From Lachnospiraceae bacterium (GTDB lineage: Bacteria; Bacillota; Clostridia; Lachnospirales; Lachnospiraceae), in contig JAZNKQ010000067.1 in the NCBI GenBank assembly GCA_045578645.1, positions 8,295 to 72,294 on the forward strand: a stretch of 64,000 nucleotides of DNA, in the 5' to 3' direction. A model generated the notes under the pieces. It was not told the origin of the DNA, searched no databases, and saw only the letters and a list, made by a program, of their open reading frames with translations. Each line of letters opens with the position of its first letter. Position 1 is the stretch's first letter. This document shows, piece by piece, positions 58,901 to 64,000 of the stretch. A program made the position numbers and the translations under genes.

Positions 58901-59848
58901 ATTAAGGATACAAAGAAGAAGCGCGAGGTTATTGTTACAAACCAGAGTGATGATAATCTTGAGTCAAAAACATATCTCATTCCCTACGGTTCACGTATTA
59001 AGGTTACCGACGGACAGGTTATTGAAGCCGGTGATGAGCTTACCGAGGGTAGCGTAAATCCTCATGATATTCTGAAGATTAAGGGTGTTCGCGCCGTTCA
59101 GGATTACATGATTCAGGAAGTTCAGAGAGTATACCGTTTACAGGGTGTTGAGATTAACGATAAGCATATCGAGGTTATTGTACGTCAGATGCTTAAGAAG
59201 GTTCGTATCGAAACTAACGGCGATACCGATTTCCTTCCCGGAAGCATGGTTGATATACTTGATTTCCTTGATGTTAATGAGCAGATGGCGGCAGAAGGAA
59301 AAGAGCCCGCTGACGGAAAGCAGGTTATGCTTGGTATTACAAAGGCTTCACTTGCTACTAACTCCTTCCTTTCAGCAGCATCCTTCCAGGAGACAACAAA
59401 GGTTCTTACCGAAGCAGCATGCCACGGAAAGATTGACCCGCTTATCGGACTTAAGGAAAATGTTATTATCGGTAAGCTGATTCCTGCCGGAACCGGTATG
59501 AAGAATTACCGTAATGTTCGTCTCAGCACAGATGCAGCTGTTGAAGCAGATACCTACTATAACGGTATGTATGATGACGGATACGGCAATGGTGAGTATT
59601 ATGATGATACTTATCAGGACGGCGGTGCTTACTACGATCAGAACGGCGAGTATTACGATGACGGCTACAGCGATGGATATGCAGACGAGTATAGCGGCGA
59701 ATATGCAGATGATGGCTATCAGGGTGAATACGCTGACGGCAGCTACACTGAGAGCGCTTATATAGAGGATGCAGGCTATGCCGATGATTACGCTGAGGGA
59801 ACTTATTCAGAGGATTATTATACAGATTCGGATGATGATGCAGAGTAA
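55964..59848 (+). CDS. rpoC: DNA-directed RNA polymerase subunit beta', a single reading frame interrupted by an in-frame TAG at 58151-58153, with an Asp/Tyr/Gly-rich C-terminal extension
   Basis: NADFDGDQM is in the first part and the bridge-helix region ([31 protein letters not shown]) in the second. Both ORFs (55964-58153 and 58172-59848) are in the same frame. Confidence 0.95.
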
Positions 59849-59882
59849 GCCCTGATGGGATAATTTATAGTGATATTACAGA

Positions 59883-59912
59883 CCCCGCCGTTTATAAATA
59901 TCGGCGGGGTTT
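59883..59912 (+). terminator. intrinsic terminator after rpoC
   Basis: CCCCGCCG / CGGCGGGG stem followed by TTT. Confidence 0.7.
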
Positions 59913-59996
59913 AGTGCGAAAAAAACATTTGCGTATGGGAAATAGTATGTTATAATATACGCGATAGTTTTAAGAATAGAAAGGAAGGAATATATT

Positions 59997-60932
59997 ATGG
60001 CATTAGTTACAACAACTGAGATGTTTAAGAAGGCATATGAAGGTGGCTACGCTATCGGTGCTTTCAATGTTAACAACATGGAAATCGTTCAGGCTATTAC
60101 TGAAGCAGCTAACGAGCTTAAGTCTCCCATCGTTCTTCAGTGCTCAGCAGGTGCAAGAAAGTATGCAAAGCATTCATATCTTGTTCACCTTGTACAGGCA
60201 GCTCTTGAGGAGACCGATATTCCGATCGCTCTTCACCTTGATCACGGCGCAGATTTCGAAATCTGTAAGCAGTGTATCGATGGCGGTTTCACATCAGTTA
60301 TGATCGATGGTTCACATCTTTCATATGAGGAGAACATCGCTGTTTCTAAGAAGGTTGCTGATTACGCTCACGAGCGCGGAGTAGTAGTTGAGGCAGAGCT
60401 CGGAACACTTGCAGGTATCGAGGATGATGTTAAGGTTGAGGCAGGACAGGAGTCCTATACACAGCCTGAGCAGGTTGAGGATTTCGTTACAAGAACAGGC
60501 GTTGATTCACTTGCTATTGCTATCGGTACAAGCCATGGTGCATTCAAGTTTAAGCCCGGTCAGAAGCCTCAGCTTCGTTTCGACATCCTTGCAGAGGTTG
60601 AGAAGCGTCTTCCTGGATTCCCGATCGTTCTTCACGGAGCTTCATCAGTACTTCCTAAGTACGTTGACATCATCAACAAGAACGGCGGAAACCTTGCTGA
60701 TGCAATCGGTATTCCTGAGGAAATGTTACGTCAGGCTGCAAGATCAGCTGTATGTAAGATTAATATCGACTCAGACTTACGTCTCGGCTTAACAGCAGGT
60801 ATCAGAGAGCATATGAACGCTCATCCTGATCATTTCGATCCCAGACAGTACCTTACAGATGCACGTGCATATGTTAAGGAAGTTGTTGCTCATAAGATCG
60901 TTAACGTTCTCGGCAGCGATAACAAGGCGTGA
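59997..60932 (+). CDS. fba: class II fructose-1,6-bisphosphate aldolase
   Basis: GYAIGAFNVNNME...LHLDHG...GTSHGAFKF. Confidence 0.9.
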   Translation: MALVTTTEMFKKAYEGGYAIGAFNVNNMEIVQAITEAANELKSPIVLQCSAGARKYAKHSYLVHLVQAALEETDIPIALHLDHGADFEICKQCIDGGFTSVMIDGSHLSYEENIAVSKKVADYAHERGVVVEAELGTLAGIEDDVKVEAGQESYTQPEQVEDFVTRTGVDSLAIAIGTSHGAFKFKPGQKPQLRFDILAEVEKRLPGFPIVLHGASSVLPKYVDIINKNGGNLADAIGIPEEMLRQAARSAVCKINIDSDLRLGLTAGIREHMNAHPDHFDPRQYLTDARAYVKEVVAHKIVNVLGSDNKA

Positions 60933-60960
60933 GAATAAGCTGAAAAGCAATCAAACAATA

Positions 60961-60994
60961 AGGGCTACTGTTTATGACAGTAGCCCTGTTTTAT
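60961..60994. terminator. bidirectional intrinsic terminator
   Basis: AGGGCTACTG / CAGTAGCCCT stem followed by a T-rich run, between convergent genes. Confidence 0.65.
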
Positions 60995-61004
60995 TGAAGT
61001 TAAG

Positions 61005-61331
61005 CTATAGTATTTCATTCAGCTTTTCGAGGAATGCTTCCTCACCGAAGGTGTTAATTTTGAAGAACATGGCCTGACTTCCGCCTGATGTAATGGCGGA
61101 AATATGAACAGGTCCGTTACCGTTCTGGAAAAATGTTACGGACATGCTGACGCGATTGCTGCCCGTAAAGCTGTAGCGTTCAAAGACACGTACACTGCAA
61201 CGGGCGTCGCCGCTGCGAAAATCACTGATTCCTTCTAAGGAAGCTGATATGCTTCCTTCTGTAATTTCACTTACAACCTTGCTTATAAGCTGAAAAAAAT
61301 CTCCCTGAATGGTTCTTTCTAATTTTGCCAT
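61005..61331 (-). CDS. hypothetical small protein
   Basis: 108-aa ORF whose start overlaps the stop of the upstream PAP2 gene. No family assigned with confidence. Confidence 0.4.
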   Translation of the reverse strand: MAKLERTIQGDFFQLISKVVSEITEGSISASLEGISDFRSGDARCSVRVFERYSFTGSNRVSMSVTFFQNGNGPVHISAITSGGSQAMFFKINTFGEEAFLEKLNEIL

Positions 61332-62227
61332 TAATAAATCTCCTTTTTTGAATATTTCTTAAGCAGTAGGGGGTATATGAGCATAGCCCATATAATCATC
61401 AGGAAATATCGTGAGGCGGCAACAAGCGGCGTATCACCGAAAACGATCTTGATTCCTGATTTGAGTGCCAGTACAACGGCGAGTCCGATTGCCAGCTTAA
61501 TTATGTGGAATAGCAGGCTGCCCTGCTTCTCATCAAAATTAATATATTTTGTCTCGAAGTACCAGCCAATTGCAAATCCTATACCGGCACCTGAGGCCTT
61601 GCAGCAGTCGAGAACATATTTTTCTTCAATGGTTCCGCTACCGTAAAGCATGTAGGTGTATATGAGGACGGCCGCAGCTATGCCGATGAATACCAGCATT
61701 ATTATCGGGCGTGTACGGTCATTAATCTTAATCCTATCAAGCAAATAATGTACCGCAAGCACCAGTATAAGGCTTATTGCAAAGGAACACAATACATCCT
61801 GAGGTGTATGGACACCGAGATACATGCGTGAAAGCATAACAAGCGCAATCATAACAAAGCACAGGATGCGCAACGCGGTTTTCTTTGTCCTGAGTGCAAA
61901 ACAGGAAAAAAGTGTAGTGGCGGACGAGGTGTGACCGCTGGGAAACGAATATCCCGTAGCTGTTTCGAGTGCACTTCCGACGGGCTTAAAGGTCGGGTCC
62001 TTTATCCAGGGTCGCGGAACCCGGAAAGCAACTTTGAGGGTCTGAACGGTAAGCCCTGCAACGAAGTACGAAAAGGCTATCCTGTAGGCAAAATTCTTAT
62101 TCAGGCACCAGTATAAAACGCACATTACGGTAAGGAGCAGAAGCTCCTCACCGAAAAATGTTATGATGCTGAATACAGTATCTGCAAAGGGGGTTCTGAG
62201 CTCCTCAAGAAAATTTAAAAAATCCAT
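61331..62227 (-). CDS. PAP2-family membrane phosphatase
   Basis: PSGHTS and SRMYLGVHTPQDV are the PAP2 C2/C3 motifs. Confidence 0.8.
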   Translation of the reverse strand: MDFLNFLEELRTPFADTVFSIITFFGEELLLLTVMCVLYWCLNKNFAYRIAFSYFVAGLTVQTLKVAFRVPRPWIKDPTFKPVGSALETATGYSFPSGHTSSATTLFSCFALRTKKTALRILCFVMIALVMLSRMYLGVHTPQDVLCSFAISLILVLAVHYLLDRIKINDRTRPIIMLVFIGIAAAVLIYTYMLYGSGTIEEKYVLDCCKASGAGIGFAIGWYFETKYINFDEKQGSLLFHIIKLAIGLAVVLALKSGIKIVFGDTPLVAASRYFLMIIWAMLIYPLLLKKYSKKEIY

Positions 62228-62272
62228 AATTACTCCGTTTATTCTTTACTATAATATCGAAAGCCGTCCAAA

Positions 62273-64000
62273 TTAAAATAAATAGCTGTAATCCTTATAG
62301 CAGGTATTAATAAGGTCGCGCAGCTCATCGGGAAGACTGCATTCCTCTGTTAAAGGCTCCTCATCCGTTACCATGCCGTCAAGGCGAACACGGAACAATC
62401 CGGATTCGGCATCAAGCAGAACAAAGCCCTGATTGCTGCTGTCGCAGAAGCTCTTTAAATCGCCAAAGAGCGTAAACTTATCCTTGTAGGGTGCGCCGGC
62501 ATACGGACAGAAGGTAAGGCAGTTGCCGCATTCGTTGCACATGTAGTCAACATGTATAATCTGTGTCTGTGAGTATCCGGGAACTCTTACTATTACATTT
62601 GCACGGTTAGGACAGACATCGGCACAATTTTCACATACGGTATTGCAGCCGAGGCATCTGTCGGACTCGTGCCGATTGCCGGCATCCATAAGGCGTCCCT
62701 TACGTGCGGTAAGCTCATCATATGACTTTTCGGAAAGAGTGCTGCTGATAAGCTCACGTGCCTCATGTATTGAAGCAATTTCATCGGTATTGATTCCGCA
62801 CTGGCGGATTATCTCGTCTGCAGCAACAGCAGCATCACGGATGGCATTAACTATTGTTGAAGCACCGTGTAAGCCGTCACCTGCGGCATAAACGCCGAAA
62901 TCGGAGGTCATATTGGTCTTATCGGTTTTCAGATAACCCCTGCTGTCGGTTTCGAGCTCGAGAGAGCGGTAAAGTGCGGTATCGACCTTTTCGCCGACTG
63001 CCGTAATAACGGTATCTGCATCAATACTGATAATATCATCTGTTTCGACGGGATTGCGTCTGCCGGAGGCATCGTAATCGCCGAGTATATTTTTCTTACA
63101 GAAAAGCTTTCCGTCACAGTAGCTGAAGGGTGTGAGAAGCTCCATGAACCGGACTCCGTCTTTAAGCGCCAGCTCAAGCTCTTCCTCATCTGCGGGCATA
63201 TTGCGGCGGTCTCTTCTGTAAATCAGGTAAACATTTTTTACGCCGGGGAGCGCCTTTGCTGCTCTTGCAGTATCCATTGCGGTATTACCTGCGCCGATTA
63301 CGGCCACATTACTGCCGATATTAAGCTGCTCGGGGGCAAGGTTGCACTGCTCGAGAAAACGTATTGCATTTACGGTCTCGCAGCCGCTTATATTCATAAC
63401 TCCCGGAACTCCGGCACCTGTTGCGACTATGACTGAAGCAAAGCCCTGTGTACGAAGCTCATCGAGGGAATTAACCTCATGATTATATACGAATTTCACT
63501 CCGAGTGCTTCTGCAAAACGTATATCCTGCTCGATTGCGTCAGAAGAGATTCGTGAGCGTGAAATAACATGCTTTACGGTACCGCCGCCGCAATTGCGTT
63601 TGTCAAACACTGTTACGTCAATTCCGGCACGGGCGAGGAAAAATGCGGCTGAAATACCGGCAGGTCCGGCGCCGATTACGGCAACGGACTTTCCGACCTT
63701 CACGGTACGGGCAGCTTCCGCCTTGAGGTAATCCTCAAACTCCTCGCTTGCGACAGCTGCCGCGGCGAGCTTTATGCTGCGTATCTTGACCGGCTCCTCG
63801 TAGAAGTTACGTGTACATTTACTCATACAGTTGTGGGCGCAGATTGTTCCGGTTATGTTCGGAAGAGGATTCTTTAATGCTATAACCTTCAAGGCGTCAA
63901 GCATTCTGCCGTCCTTTGCAAGCTGCATGTATGTTGTTATGTCCTGATTAATCGGACACCCCTTTTCACAGGGAGCGATGAAGCAGCCTGTTAACGGTAC
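62273..64000 (-). CDS. YgfK-like NAD(P)-dependent oxidoreductase with Fe-S clusters (GltD-like core plus C-terminal ferredoxin domain); the N-terminus lies beyond the window end
   Basis: VAVIGAGPAGISAAFFLA (Rossmann fold) and Cys clusters CLGCNTVCENCADVCP / CNECGNCLTFCP. The reading frame stays open to position 64000 (VPLTGCFIAPCEKGCPINQDI...). Confidence 0.75.
   Translation of the reverse strand, partial: VPLTGCFIAPCEKGCPINQDITTYMQLAKDGRMLDALKVIALKNPLPNITGTICAHNCMSKCTRNFYEEPVKIRSIKLAAAAVASEEFEDYLKAEAARTVKVGKSVAVIGAGPAGISAAFFLARAGIDVTVFDKRNCGGGTVKHVISRSRISSDAIEQDIRFAEALGVKFVYNHEVNSLDELRTQGFASVIVATGAGVPGVMNISGCETVNAIRFLEQCNLAPEQLNIGSNVAVIGAGNTAMDTARAAKALPGVKNVYLIYRRDRRNMPADEEELELALKDGVRFMELLTPFSYCDGKLFCKKNILGDYDASGRRNPVETDDIISIDADTVITAVGEKVDTALYRSLELETDSRGYLKTDKTNMTSDFGVYAAGDGLHGASTIVNAIRDAAVAADEIIRQCGINTDEIASIHEARELISSTLSEKSYDELTARKGRLMDAGNRHESDRCLGCNTVCENCADVCPNRANVIVRVPGYSQTQIIHVDYMCNECGNCLTFCPYAGAPYKDKFTLFGDLKSFCDSSNQGFVLLDAESGLFRVRLDGMVTDEEPLTEECSLPDELRDLINTCYKDYSYLF

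Overview
This is a 64-kb chromosomal window from what appears to be a spore-forming Clostridia-class Firmicute; the taxon is inferred from gene content (spoIIR, a SipL/SpoVID-like coat protein, a V-type ATPase). It is mostly core genome, and I saw no transposase, integrase, CRISPR array or obvious defence island. In order, the window contains:
- the start of a V-ATPase operon (minus strand), a membrane GDPD phosphodiesterase and a SipL-like coat morphogenetic protein;
- a YesM/YesN-type two-component system with an LplABC-type sugar ABC importer;
- ispE, a SAM methyltransferase, an 851-aa orphan membrane-anchored protein, and deoB-dtd-TSCPD-murG-nitroreductase;
- plsC, a sensor-less histidine kinase, a HIT protein, DUF1934, murI and spoIIR;
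- two tRNA-Leu genes (anticodons CAG and the unusual AAG) flanking an Ig-like-repeat secreted protein;
- an Hpt protein and a cytidylate-kinase-like protein;
- a MacB-type ABC ATPase, a giant CARDB-like surface protein, a mini-anchor protein and an FtsX permease, followed by a NusG_II protein, a Gx transporter and an S8 protease;
- the rpmG-secE-nusG-rplKAJL cluster;
- a LevR-like PRD regulator with a cellobiose-type PTS IIA/IIB/IIC, a GH1 6-phospho-beta-glucosidase and ptsH-ptsI;
- a prepilin peptidase, rpoB-rpoC, fba, a PAP2 phosphatase and a YgfK-like oxidoreductase that runs off the window end.

The four most notable observations are:
1. A roughly 100-nt two-hairpin leader element is present in three copies. 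Each sits in the same orientation immediately upstream of the SD and start codon of the PTS IIA operon, ptsH-ptsI and the GDPD gene. A possible loop-to-3' pairing is preserved by wobble changes in one copy. I do not recognise it as any known motif.
2. rpoC carries an in-frame TAG inside a conserved beta' segment, with no frameshift.
3. Both RpoB and RpoC have Asp/Tyr/Gly-rich C-terminal extensions.
4. The LevR-like regulator lacks the GAFTGA loop and the Walker-B glutamate, so it is probably not a working sigma-54 activator.
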